Below are positions 11,201-20,423 of a stretch of DNA of 45,303 bases, piece by piece (positions within the stretch are counted from its first letter, which is position 1; every line of letters begins with the position of its first letter). The DNA lies in the NCBI GenBank assembly GCA_964343575.1, contig CAYFJV010000001.1:155402-200704 (forward strand), read 5' to 3'. A program made the translations under genes and the position numbers. The notes beneath the pieces were generated by a model. The model was not told the DNA's origin. It did not search any database and saw only the letters and a list, made by a program, of their open reading frames with translations. This stretch comes from an uncultured Methanosarcinales archaeon. GTDB lineage: Archaea; Nanobdellota; Nanobdellia; Woesearchaeales; GW2011-AR9.

Positions 11201-12110
11201 GGCAAATGTAAGTTTGATTAATATGAGTTTGAATGGTGTTGGGACTTTTTTTGGAAATCTGAATGATAGTAGTTTTGATTCTAATGCTCTCTTTAACAAT
11301 TCTGTAGGAGTGAACCTTTCTGATTCCTTTGATAATTCTCTTTTGAATGGTTTTTTCAACAATAGTCTTAATGCAGTTGATAATGCTAACAACAGTTGGA
11401 ACACAAGTTACTCTTGTAGTGATACTTTTGTAAACATTATCGGTGGAAATTGTAGTGCTGGAAATTTTTGGAGCGACTATCTTGGGAATGATACTAACGG
11501 AGATGGGGTTGGAGATACTGAGGTCCCTTATAACAGCTCAGAAAATATCTCTGAAGTGGGAGCAGGAGATTTTCTACCTTTAGTTTATCCTTCTGTGGCT
11601 GAAGAGAGCGGGGGGGATGAGGAGAGTTCTTCTGAGGGTTCAAGCTCTGGGGGGAGTAGTGGCTCTGGAGGAAGCAGCTCCTCGGATCCGGGTGTTGAGT
11701 TCGTTAACAATACGACTATTATAGAAGTAATTGAGATCCAAGAGATTGTTAAAAAAGTGGTTGAAGTTATCGAAGAAGTAGTTGAAGAGGTGATTGTCCC
11801 TGCGCCACCTTCAGATCCAGCACTTACTGGGGCAGCAATAGGAGATGTTTTTGATGTTCCTCCTTGGGCGAGCATTCTCTTTTTAATATGCCTCTCTATA
11901 CTCATTGTTGGAGTTGGCTTTTCTAGGATATATGTTGCTGTTGGTGATAAGGCGGAAAATCTTACTGAGCTGGAGAAGTATGTACAACAAGTAGTTGCTA
12001 TGGGCTTTAGCAAAGAGCAGATTTTTACTCGTTTAGAGCAAGAAGGTTGGGAGGAAGCAGAAGTCTTGGCAGCCTTTGATAAATTGCGAGGAAATTCTTG
12101 GCTTATGTAA
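8244..12110 (+). CDS. Giant surface protein with right-handed beta-helix (PbH1/NosD-like) domains and C-terminal TM anchor
   Basis: MYYKKRGD + TM + LTAAAV; Asn-rich N.I.NN.I repeats; GNFWSDYLGNDTNGDGVGD; Ser/Gly linker, TM helix, then a short helical tail (GFSKEQIFTRLEQEGW). Confidence 0.85.
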   Translation: MYYKKRGDLHIALALALFMFSLVATLLIFQGSIGEKASLSGELTAAAVTVPGLVVDNESLEDLFEQGEGVVGGEEEEQVASDQESEGIGVSAVEMIDGEGSGFGVQAETSSCGTISTDTNLTANIISNGTCFTIGAAGIVIDGQGFTITGDGSGRGIDNSGGHDGVTVRNFGGINNFTNAVYFDGVATSSVTNNSINSSNEDDAISIRILDVSNSNSITGNIIVSQGKKGYGVYVDNSDSNTIENNEIVTDDSYGVFIDTGAEYNIIDWNNITVTEEESTSANDEAIQLWDDWNKIRNNIIRTLESNKQGVNSQGSYNIFKHNIFITNGSSSPAIAMGTFSDNNNITNNTIDTFGALSNGISLSLSSDHYVDSNTITLHNDSAAGIYFDRTDDSTIIHNWINASRSYGIDLAAGANGNVIDNNTIYVNGSVVGISNSFGIRITNLAGTSYDNNFRNNNIYLETEGGIAFHDIDVTAGEFNTLVYNNSFAKLHWADWSSGGLFEDLDINGSMVLGETIILSNNSVSLNASDFDNGKGGQINTTANITFKGLENFSNPIALKDDLFCDDCSGVFEVETGLRVVVQHFSTYSLRNNSLPEISEFGHLPETVQYTDNMTVHVLYEDQDSPTDNATLYFEWYLNESLQYSDTLTVVESGDNATISLDAANYSIGDIINVSVYANDSMNVSSTLWSDTVTITGLIDNAPVVLTHDFNSTLEGNSTQENLECFVLLEDNESSSLEVYWEVYNGTESYNSSSLNLSNNSYENVVNVSSLVTAGEESWTCGILVSDHNQNSSWQNQSITLLPETPPVIASTIFNASTHNNYSSDDINCFGTFLDNQSSSLTAYWEIYNGTELYNSSSLSVSNNSLAGLGSVSSSFTDVGEDWVCGALVSDSITNTSWLNESIIVRTVTQGDVLKSNLTLDENVTCTDDCLFIEDENVTLSLNGNCLIGNGSGIGINSSGNNGFDLIGPGCIMNFSTGVYLESGTEANVSLINMSLNGVGTFFGNLNDSSFDSNALFNNSVGVNLSDSFDNSLLNGFFNNSLNAVDNANNSWNTSYSCSDTFVNIIGGNCSAGNFWSDYLGNDTNGDGVGDTEVPYNSSENISEVGAGDFLPLVYPSVAEESGGDEESSSEGSSSGGSSGSGGSSSSDPGVEFVNNTTIIEVIEIQEIVKKVVEVIEEVVEEVIVPAPPSDPALTGAAIGDVFDVPPWASILFLICLSILIVGVGFSRIYVAVGDKAENLTELEKYVQQVVAMGFSKEQIFTRLEQEGWEEAEVLAAFDKLRGNSWLM

Positions 12111-12188
12111 CTTGGGCTTGTGCTTTTTGTTTAGCTGTGAATTTCTTAGAATTTTTTCGTTTTTTTACATCTTTTTATTCCCGCTATC

Positions 12189-12196
12189 TTTATAAA
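12189..12196 (+). promoter_or_regulatory. TATA box of surface protein 3
   Basis: TTTATAAA ending 27 nt before the ATG at 12223. Confidence 0.6.
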
Positions 12197-12222
12197 GGTA
12201 AAAACTTTGCATCTTGCTATCT

Positions 12223-15200
12223 ATGTACCATAGAAAGAGAGGGGATTTGGGTGCTTCGTTAGTTTTGTTCTTGTTCATGCTAGGGGCAGTTTTCTTTTTT
12301 AGCACGCAGCTTTCTCCAAGTGAGGGTCCAGGAATTACCGCTGCCGTAGTTACAGCCCCAGAGATTGGTTCAGATAATGAGAGTTCTGAAGATTTTTTTG
12401 AACAAGGTGCTGGTAGCGAAGGAGGTGCAGATGATGATGAAGGAGCTTTGGATTCTGAAGAGAGTGATGTTGAGAGTTCCTTAGATCCTATTGAAGACCA
12501 AACTGAAGAGGAGAGTACAGAAGAGGGTGTTGATGAAGAACTTGAAGGTTCTGAAGAAGGCTCTGGAGTAGAAGAAGGAGCAGGAATTCTTGGCTTTGGT
12601 GGCGGTGGAGTTGGAGTTCTTGCATCAGCAAGTATTGCAGGAGCTGTTTTTGAAGACGTTAATGGGGATGGTGTTTTTGATGCAGCAGAGAGCGGGATTG
12701 AGAATATTACTGTTCGGGTATGGAATGATACTGATGGAGATGGTGCGATAAACGCTACTGTGGATGTGGTTCTTTCAACAGTTTTGAGCAATGAGACTGG
12801 AAATTATACCTTCGCTTTGAATACAGGAGATAATTATTCTGTAGATATTAGTGCGGACTTTAATCGTGAACTTGTGAACTACAAGAATACTACTTCTAAG
12901 ACTTCTTATCTTTCTGATCTTTCTGGTGACGATCTTGATGTTGATTTTGGTTTAAAGAGTTTGAGTGCCTCTTTGGGTTTGGTTGATTCAAGCCAAAAGT
13001 ACACAACAGATACTAATGGTCTTAACTTGGGTTATACTGTTGCAGAGAATTTTGGTATGGCGGTGGCAAATATAGGTGATCTTGATGGTGACGGTATAAC
13101 TGATTTTGCAGTAAGTGCTAGTGGTGATGAAACAACGGGAAGTAATGAGGGAGTAATTCATATCATGTTTATGAATGTTAACGGAAGTGTTAATCGGAGT
13201 GTGCTTATAGGTAATGAAACGAATGGTTTTTCTGCTCCTACTATTGAAGATAATGATTTTTTTGGGACCTCCATTGTGAGTTTAGGAGATCTTGATGGTG
13301 ATGGGATAGTTGATCTTGCAGTTGGTGCTGAAGCTGATGAAGTGAGTGATTCTAATGATGGGGCTGTCTATATTCTGTTTATGAATGCTAACGGAAGTGT
13401 GAGTAGTAATCAAGTAATTGGAGATAGTTCTAATGGTTTTGCTCCAGACAATTTGACCAACGCAGACGGTTTTGGATATAGTCTTGCGAACTTAGGTGAT
13501 CTTAATGGTGATGGTGTTGTAGATTTAGCAGTGGGAGCAGATTATGAAGAAGCAGATGGTGGAACCAGTAACGAGGGGGGGTTATACATTCTTTTTATGA
13601 ACTCTAATGGAAGTGTCAACAGTACGGAGTTTATTGCAGAGAATCTTAACGGCTTTGTTCCAGATAATTTAGATTCAAATGACTTTTTTGGGTCTTCTGT
13701 GGATAATATTGGTGATCTTGATGGAGATGGTGTTATTGATCTTGCAGTTGGTGCTAGGGGAGATGAAAATGAGAATTCAAGTTCGGGAGCAGTGTACATC
13801 TTGTTTATGGAGACTAATGGGAGTGTGAAAAATAACACAAAAATTGCCAGTGGTCTTAATGGATTTTACCCCGATGGGGGCGCCCTTCTTTCGAGTGATA
13901 ATTTTGGATCGGCGGTTGCAAATCTTGGTGATCTTGATAATGATGGTATCAATGACCTCGTAGTTGGTGCAGATAGGGATGAAAACGAGGATAGTTCGGA
14001 AGGAGCAATCTATATTTTGTTCTTGAATGGAGATGGGAGTGTAAAGAGCAATCAAAAGATAAGTGATGGCTTGGGAGAATTTAATCCGGGACCGGACCTT
14101 TATGGTCTAGAACTGAATGATTTTTTTGGAGTTTCTATTGATAATGCTGGAGATCTTAATGGAGATGGGATTACCGATCTTATAGTTGGAGCTAACCAGG
14201 ATGAAACAGGGGCTGCGACCTTGTCTTCAGGAGGTTTTTATGTGCTCTACTTGGCGCAAGATGTTGCTTGTGGAGATGCTATCTCTAGTAGTGTCAATCT
14301 TACTGAGAATTTGAGCTCAACTGGAGGGGCTTGTTTGACTGTTAATGCTTCAAACGTTGTTATTGATGGTTCTGGTTTTAGTATGACTGGTAATGCTTCT
14401 TCCGATTCTATCGGAATCAATGTTTCTGGCTTTGAGAATGTGACTATTCAAAATTTTGCTGGAATCACTAACTTTAGTATTGGGGTAAACAGTGATAACG
14501 GAACAACTGGTTTGCTTGTTCAAAATAGCAGTATTGAGACAGCAAACCTTAGTGATGCCTACGCTGTTTACTCTGTAATGGATACCAATTTACGAGTAGA
14601 AGGAAATAATATCACTACTTATGGAAATGATTCTTTTGCTGTTTATCTGATAGATAGTAATGGCTCTAATGTTAGTCAAAATGATATTGTTACGGAAGAT
14701 GCTAACGGAGTTTTTGTAGATGGTGAGGCTTATCATAACTTGATAAGTATGAATAATGTTAGTCTCTCAAATGTTACAGCGACTAGTTCTTTGAATAATA
14801 CCGGAGTTTACGTTGATGGTGATGCAAATAATGTTACTTTCAATAGGATTAATAACAGTGGTTCTGCTCAAGAAGGGATAGTCTTTTTTGAGAATAACTC
14901 TTGGATTGAAGGAAATATCTTTGAAGGAGTTGAAGATCAATCAATTGGGATTTATGGATCAAATTTTACTAATGTTACGGTGGAGAATAACAGTATTCTT
15001 ACTAGTGATGCCAAAGGTATTTCTGTCACTGGAGGAAGCAATAGTACGATTAGTAATAACACCATAACCACTGTTGAATCTGGTTCTGCAGGAATCCAGT
15101 TAGTCTCCACTGTTGAGAGTCATTTTTATAATAACCACATTACCGTTGGCGATTCAAATGGGATTAATATTAGAGAGGAAAATACTCTGAATACTTTTGA

Positions 15201-18048
15201 AGAGAACATTATTACTCTTTCTGGAGCAAGTGAAACGAGAGGTGCTTTTCGTTTTGCAGATGAAGCAAGTACAGAGAACAATACTCTTCTTAACAATAAT
15301 ATGACTTCTAATGATTTAGGAATTTATGATTTAGAAGAGAGTTCGGCTAACTATTTTGTGTACAATAACAGTTCTTTTGGACAAATTTTATGGTTTAACT
15401 TTAGTTCTGGCTCTTTTTCAAGAGATATGGACCTGGATCTAAATGGAAATACTTTTGATATGGAGTTTGGGGTTAAGTTGGATAACAATTCAATTAGTGT
15501 TAATGCTTCTTTAATCTCGGTAAACCCTAACTTGAATGAGACAGTAAATGTGAGCATTTATGGGCTTGATGAATTTGAAAACCCTTTGGCTTTGAGAGAT
15601 AGTTATTACTGTAGTGATTGTCTTGATCTCCATAATACTACGATTGACAGTGAATCTTTTGATTACCACTTTCAGGCAGGGTATCCTGGAAATTTTAGTG
15701 TTGTAAACAATAGTGCTGGTCCTGTTATTTTACAGCATGTTCTTAACACTACAACACTTGGAAATTATAGTGCAGATCCTCAGACAAGTTGGTTGAATAT
15801 AAGTGATAATGATAGTCTTTTTGTGGATGTGCATTGGGAAATCTATGAAAACAGTGTCTTTCAAAACTCTGGAATCTTTTATCAAGTTGAAGTTGGGGAG
15901 TTTAAGAATGTTGCAAACAGAAGTGCTCTTCTTTCAGATGTTGGGGATAACGTTACTGTTGGCCTCTTGGTCTCAGATGGAGAATTTAGCTCTGATTGGA
16001 TAAATGATAGTCTTGTGGTGAGAGATTTTACTGCTGGTGATGTTATCACTGAAGACGTTACTTTTACTAATGATGTTGATTGTCATGGAGATTGTCTTTT
16101 TGTAGGTAGAGATGGAATCACTATCAATATGGCTGGTTATGCTTTGATTGGGAATGGAAGTGGCATTGGAATAAACATAAGTGATTATAGTAATGTTAGC
16201 ATCTTGAATGGACATGTGAGTAATTATAGCATTGATATTTATGCAGACCCTAGTGAGGGAATTGTTCTGAATCAAACAAATGTGAGTGCTGCTGATACAG
16301 GAATCCTTTTTGAAGAGATTAATGAAAGTACTATCACTGAAGGATATATTACTAACAACAGTGTGGGAGTAAATCTTAGTGACTCTCATAATAATGATGT
16401 GTATAACAATTATTTTAACAATACTATCAATGCTGTTGATGAAGAAGATGATAATAACTGGAACACAAGTTATTCTTGTTCTACAAAGCATCGTAATATT
16501 GCTTTTGGAAATTGTACAGGTGGGAACTTCTGGAGTGATTATGAAGGAAATGATACTGATGATGATTATGTAGGAAATACAAGCGTGCCCCATAACAGTT
16601 CAGGGAATATTAATGGGAGTGGAGAGGGGGACAATTATCCTCTCTTAGTTTGTATTGAATCCTGGTCTTGTGGAGATTGGTCTGGTTGTCTTGATAATAT
16701 TCAGACGAGAAGTTGTACTGATTTGAATCTTTGTGGATCAACTGCAACTCAGCCAGATCTTTCTCAATCCTGTAGTGGTTCAAGCAGCTCAGATGATGAT
16801 TCAAGTAGCTCTGATTCAAGTACTTTTAGAGATCTAGATCCTGCAACTCAGGAAGCAATTAAAGACCTTATTAGCGATGCGATCGCTGACGGGAAGATTG
16901 CTTCTTTGAAACAATTAAGAAATGCTTTGCGTTCTGGGAAAGTGAGTCTTTCTACGATTGCTAAGAAAGCAAGCGAGGGAGAAGGTAGTGGAGCAGGAGC
17001 AGCAAGTGGTGTTAGTAGTGATCTTGGAGGGCTTGAAGGAAGTTCAGGTAGTGGGGGGGGGACTTCGGGAAAAAAATCTAGAACTTTGTTAGGACTTACT
17101 TTGGTTAACGATCTTGAAGACCTTTCTTTAGAACTGCAACCACGATTAGAACAAAATCTAGAATCGCTTTCTATTGATGCTGATCTTGCAGTGGTTGAAG
17201 GGAAAATTAAAGAAAAGCTTAGTTTTGAGGGAGATCTTTCCGAGGAAAAGGTGGAGGAAGAATTGCGGCGTTTTGCTTTGCTTGATGAACAAAATGTACT
17301 TCCTTTGATTAATCGAAAAAGTTCGACTTTTTTTACTTCCTCAACTGCTGGTGCCAGTGATAGTTTGCTTACTGGGGCTGTGGTTGGTTTAAGTGCAGAG
17401 GAGGAAAGAGAGTTAGAGGAAAGGCTTGCTAAGTCACTCTCAGGGATTGTTGCAACTTCAGAAGTGGTTGAAGGTGCTCTTTTGGAGGTTCACTTAGAAG
17501 ATGAGGAGAGTCTTGTTGTCGAACCAGGAGAGACTTTGAATACTGATCTTGGATTGCTTGGAGGTATCTCCTTGGAAGGGAGGGAGATTACTCTCTCTTT
17601 GGAAACTGAAGGCGAAGCTGTTGCCCAGCAGAAAGTGGTGCTTCCTGCAAGCGATCTTGGAGCAAATTTAGACCTTTATCAAGATGAGCGTTTCTTTGAT
17701 CTTTATGTTGTTCTCCCAGAAGTCAACGCAGAATATTCGCTTGAGCATGAATATTATATTGAAGTTGATGTTCGCCAACAAAGTGATACTTTGCTAGCAC
17801 AATTCTTTCCAATTAAGTATGCTTTTGTGAACTCTGCTCAGCGTTTATTCAAGGGGAATGATCTTCTTTACTTGGAAACTTTTGGACCTTACTCTATAGC
17901 TGAAGATGAACAATATCTCTTAGCTCAGCAATTTGCTTATGATGCTGAACGTTACAGTGAAGGCTTGCAAGAGATTCATGTGCGTGTTTATCAAGATGGG
18001 CTTCTTGTTAATGAAGATATCTTTGTAGAGGATTTTGTGTCTGAGTGA
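12223..18048 (+). CDS. Giant surface protein: SdrD-B-like domain, FG-GAP (integrin-alpha-like) repeats, beta-helix domains, Cys-rich TSP1-like motif
   Basis: MYHRKRGD + TM + ITAAVV; FEDVNGDGVFD; six FG...GDL(D/N)(G/N)DG..D(L/F).V(G/S)A repeats; NosD-like GNFWSDY; CIESWSCGDWSGC...QTRSCTDLNLCG. Confidence 0.87.
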   Translation: MYHRKRGDLGASLVLFLFMLGAVFFFSTQLSPSEGPGITAAVVTAPEIGSDNESSEDFFEQGAGSEGGADDDEGALDSEESDVESSLDPIEDQTEEESTEEGVDEELEGSEEGSGVEEGAGILGFGGGGVGVLASASIAGAVFEDVNGDGVFDAAESGIENITVRVWNDTDGDGAINATVDVVLSTVLSNETGNYTFALNTGDNYSVDISADFNRELVNYKNTTSKTSYLSDLSGDDLDVDFGLKSLSASLGLVDSSQKYTTDTNGLNLGYTVAENFGMAVANIGDLDGDGITDFAVSASGDETTGSNEGVIHIMFMNVNGSVNRSVLIGNETNGFSAPTIEDNDFFGTSIVSLGDLDGDGIVDLAVGAEADEVSDSNDGAVYILFMNANGSVSSNQVIGDSSNGFAPDNLTNADGFGYSLANLGDLNGDGVVDLAVGADYEEADGGTSNEGGLYILFMNSNGSVNSTEFIAENLNGFVPDNLDSNDFFGSSVDNIGDLDGDGVIDLAVGARGDENENSSSGAVYILFMETNGSVKNNTKIASGLNGFYPDGGALLSSDNFGSAVANLGDLDNDGINDLVVGADRDENEDSSEGAIYILFLNGDGSVKSNQKISDGLGEFNPGPDLYGLELNDFFGVSIDNAGDLNGDGITDLIVGANQDETGAATLSSGGFYVLYLAQDVACGDAISSSVNLTENLSSTGGACLTVNASNVVIDGSGFSMTGNASSDSIGINVSGFENVTIQNFAGITNFSIGVNSDNGTTGLLVQNSSIETANLSDAYAVYSVMDTNLRVEGNNITTYGNDSFAVYLIDSNGSNVSQNDIVTEDANGVFVDGEAYHNLISMNNVSLSNVTATSSLNNTGVYVDGDANNVTFNRINNSGSAQEGIVFFENNSWIEGNIFEGVEDQSIGIYGSNFTNVTVENNSILTSDAKGISVTGGSNSTISNNTITTVESGSAGIQLVSTVESHFYNNHITVGDSNGINIREENTLNTFEENIITLSGASETRGAFRFADEASTENNTLLNNNMTSNDLGIYDLEESSANYFVYNNSSFGQILWFNFSSGSFSRDMDLDLNGNTFDMEFGVKLDNNSISVNASLISVNPNLNETVNVSIYGLDEFENPLALRDSYYCSDCLDLHNTTIDSESFDYHFQAGYPGNFSVVNNSAGPVILQHVLNTTTLGNYSADPQTSWLNISDNDSLFVDVHWEIYENSVFQNSGIFYQVEVGEFKNVANRSALLSDVGDNVTVGLLVSDGEFSSDWINDSLVVRDFTAGDVITEDVTFTNDVDCHGDCLFVGRDGITINMAGYALIGNGSGIGINISDYSNVSILNGHVSNYSIDIYADPSEGIVLNQTNVSAADTGILFEEINESTITEGYITNNSVGVNLSDSHNNDVYNNYFNNTINAVDEEDDNNWNTSYSCSTKHRNIAFGNCTGGNFWSDYEGNDTDDDYVGNTSVPHNSSGNINGSGEGDNYPLLVCIESWSCGDWSGCLDNIQTRSCTDLNLCGSTATQPDLSQSCSGSSSSDDDSSSSDSSTFRDLDPATQEAIKDLISDAIADGKIASLKQLRNALRSGKVSLSTIAKKASEGEGSGAGAASGVSSDLGGLEGSSGSGGGTSGKKSRTLLGLTLVNDLEDLSLELQPRLEQNLESLSIDADLAVVEGKIKEKLSFEGDLSEEKVEEELRRFALLDEQNVLPLINRKSSTFFTSSTAGASDSLLTGAVVGLSAEEERELEERLAKSLSGIVATSEVVEGALLEVHLEDEESLVVEPGETLNTDLGLLGGISLEGREITLSLETEGEAVAQQKVVLPASDLGANLDLYQDERFFDLYVVLPEVNAEYSLEHEYYIEVDVRQQSDTLLAQFFPIKYAFVNSAQRLFKGNDLLYLETFGPYSIAEDEQYLLAQQFAYDAERYSEGLQEIHVRVYQDGLLVNEDIFVEDFVSE
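13045..14250 (+). repeat. Six FG-GAP coding repeats
   Basis: Recurring ggtgatcttgatggtga(c/t)gg-like DNA and GDLDGDG-like peptide at about 200-220 nt spacing. Confidence 0.85.
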
Positions 18049-18137
18049 GTTTGTTAATTTTTTTTCTTTGTTTACAAAAATGATTTGGAGGATTTCTAGT
18101 AGGTATTCTTTTAAGGAACTTTTCTTGCCATGTCGTT

Positions 18138-18503
18138 ATGGTAGCTGAGGATGATGTTGGATTTGGCGGGGAGTATGAAGTTAATAGGGATAACACTGCT
18201 GTTTTGGAAAATCTTGCTAAGGAAGGACCTTATGTGACCTTGGCAATTGCTTATAATGATCCTCGCCATGATCCTTCTGTTCAAGGTGCTGGTGTTCCAA
18301 GAGTTTATCAGGCGGTTGGTGCTTATGATCCCTTTGCATCACAAGGAGATGATCTTGTCTTGATTGTTGGAACTTGTTTAATTGCAGGTTTAGATCCTCA
18401 AACAGTTCAGTTCCCTTTTGAAGCTCCAAATGCGGTGAGAATTGAGATTCCTAAAAGAACGGTGGTAGAATATCATAATCTTGCAGACTTTCTTAGGAGA
18501 TGA
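18138..18503 (+). CDS. Hypothetical protein
   Basis: 121-aa ORF with codon style like its neighbours; no motif recognised. Confidence 0.6.
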   Translation: MVAEDDVGFGGEYEVNRDNTAVLENLAKEGPYVTLAIAYNDPRHDPSVQGAGVPRVYQAVGAYDPFASQGDDLVLIVGTCLIAGLDPQTVQFPFEAPNAVRIEIPKRTVVEYHNLADFLRR

Positions 18504-18573
18504 GTTTAATTTTTTCCTTAATGAAAAGATTTATATGCTCCTTTTTCTTAGGTCTTGCTGAGGTTAGATAGTT

Positions 18574-18795
18574 ATGTTGGTCTTTGGTGTGGAAGTTCCC
18601 TTGGTAGAAGTGATCTTTGCTTTAGCTTTGGTCACCTTTGTTATTCTAGTTGAGGTAATTATTATTATCTCTTTGCTTATTAAGCAAACCAACAAGTCAA
18701 AAGAATTGATTGCCCTTACCCAACAACTCTCTAAGACAATCTTACAGGTTAAAAGTGCTGAGCTCACTGAACTTGATAAACTGAAGAGAAAGTGA
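18574..18795 (+). CDS. Small single-TM membrane protein with short coiled-coil tail
   Basis: Hydrophobic N-terminal helix; TTTATAT upstream at about 18530. Confidence 0.7.
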   Translation: MLVFGVEVPLVEVIFALALVTFVILVEVIIIISLLIKQTNKSKELIALTQQLSKTILQVKSAELTELDKLKRK

Positions 18796-18909
18796 GTTTG
18801 CTTGGATTCTATTCTGGTAGTTGAGAGTTTAGTAGGAATAGGATGGATGTTTCTGAGAGAGTATGGGAGAATAAGAAAAAGTTAAGAAAAATAAAAGGGG
18901 AAGTAGGAT

Positions 18910-19620
18910 CTACTTCTTTTTAACTTCAAGCGGCGCCAATTCGTTAATGATGGTCATAGGAATACCAGCTTCCTGCATCTTATTTCGAACTTTCTTCATA
19001 TCCTTTACGCTACTCATCTGCTTTAGGATAGCTTTTGCACTAGCTTCGAACTCAGCACGTTGCTTTTTCATTTCTTCAGCGAGACGAGCCTTTTCCTCTG
19101 CGAGATGTTTTTTCTCTTCTTCAGTAAGCTCAGTTTTCCCGCTTTTGATTTTTTCATCAAATTTTCCTTCAGAGATTGCTTTAAGTGCCTCTTGAGCAGT
19201 CATTCCTTCAATGAGAATACCCATAGATTGGCAAGTTCCAATGATCTCTCGAACCTGGTTCTTTGTATCATTTGCAAGGAGTGCATCTTGTTTCATCTTA
19301 GAAATTTTAATTACTTGCTCCATCATCAGATCAGCTACTTTCTCTGTGAGTGGGTTAGATGCTCCTTTTTGGATTCCTGCTTCCTTTTTGATTAACTGGG
19401 CAGCAGGAGGAGTTCCGATTTCAATCTCATAAGATTTTTCATCCTTGTCTACGATTACCTTTACTGGAACTTTCATTCCTTTAAAATCAGCAGTCTTTTT
19501 GTTAATGTCGCTCACTACTTGACCAATATTTACTCCGGTTGGACCAAGAGCAGGACCTAATGGTGGGGCAGCGGTTGCTTTTCCACCTTCGATTAGTACT
19601 TCTACAGTTTCTTTTGCCAT
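18910..19620 (-). CDS. rpl11: 50S ribosomal protein L11 (uL11), archaeal type, with C-terminal extension
   Basis: GGKATAAPPLGPALGP and IIGTCQSMGI motifs; GGTGA RBS upstream. Confidence 0.96.
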   Translation of the reverse strand: MAKETVEVLIEGGKATAAPPLGPALGPTGVNIGQVVSDINKKTADFKGMKVPVKVIVDKDEKSYEIEIGTPPAAQLIKKEAGIQKGASNPLTEKVADLMMEQVIKISKMKQDALLANDTKNQVREIIGTCQSMGILIEGMTAQEALKAISEGKFDEKIKSGKTELTEEEKKHLAEEKARLAEEMKKQRAEFEASAKAILKQMSSVKDMKKVRNKMQEAGIPMTIINELAPLEVKKK

Positions 19621-19787
19621 ATTTGAAATTCACCTTATAATTTTGAAGCAATTTTAAGGATTTGTGCGTAACTTTTCATGGAAATTGGGCCTGTTTATAA
19701 GGGTTTCGAGAGTGTTTGGTTTTAATAAAGAGGAAAAAGAAAAGTAAGAAAGAAGAAAAAAAAAGAAAAAATGCAACTAAAAAACGA

Positions 19788-20423
19788 CTAACAAACTCCA
19801 TCTGCATCAATGTAAAGGTTTCCTTCATTACTAATGCATAAAGCTCCTGCAGCTCCGCTTCCATCTGGTGCGTCTCCATCAGTGCTTTCTGGTAAGTCTT
19901 GCATGTTAACTTCACCACAAGTTGTAATCTGGTTGTCTGCAGAACTTTCACAGTAGTTTGCTTGACCTTCGGCGTTGATTACAACTGCATGTTCGTGCTG
20001 AGCTTTTGCATTGTAGCCAATTGCTGTAGAGTAATCTCCTGTTGCGCTGGCAAATGCACCTAAAGCTAAAGCGGTGTTTTCAGCTTCACTGTACCAACCT
20101 ACAGCGACAGTACCAGTTCCGTCAGCTTTAGCCATTGATCCAAGTGCCATCCCTCCTGCACTTGCTTCTCCACTTCCAAAGACCATAGAGCCGTGATCTT
20201 CTGCTCTTGCGCCATCACCAAAAGCAAAAGAATCTGTGCCATGTGCTTCTGCAAACCTTCCAGCTGCAAGAGAATATTCACCAAAAGCTCCACCAGCGTA
20301 GACACCATTTGGAGTGAAATCAATTGCTCCGATTGCAGTTCCCTTACCAAGAGCAAATGTAGCCATAGCTAGTATAGCAATCATTGCAATTGACATTACC
20401 AATATTTTTGTTATTTTTTTCAT
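19788..20423 (-). CDS. Secreted protein with YadA/Hia head-like repeats
   Basis: Sec signal peptide; about 14-aa repeats such as AEAHGTDSFAFG and ASATGDYSTAIG, ending YNAKAQHEHAVVI; GGTGATG RBS. Confidence 0.75.
   Translation of the reverse strand: MKKITKILVMSIAMIAILAMATFALGKGTAIGAIDFTPNGVYAGGAFGEYSLAAGRFAEAHGTDSFAFGDGARAEDHGSMVFGSGEASAGGMALGSMAKADGTGTVAVGWYSEAENTALALGAFASATGDYSTAIGYNAKAQHEHAVVINAEGQANYCESSADNQITTCGEVNMQDLPESTDGDAPDGSGAAGALCISNEGNLYIDADGVC

Noticed and set aside
1123..16819. Many short antisense or alternate-frame ORFs inside the ATPase and surface-protein genes
   Set aside because: They are nested in long, motif-supported genes and have no independent signals.
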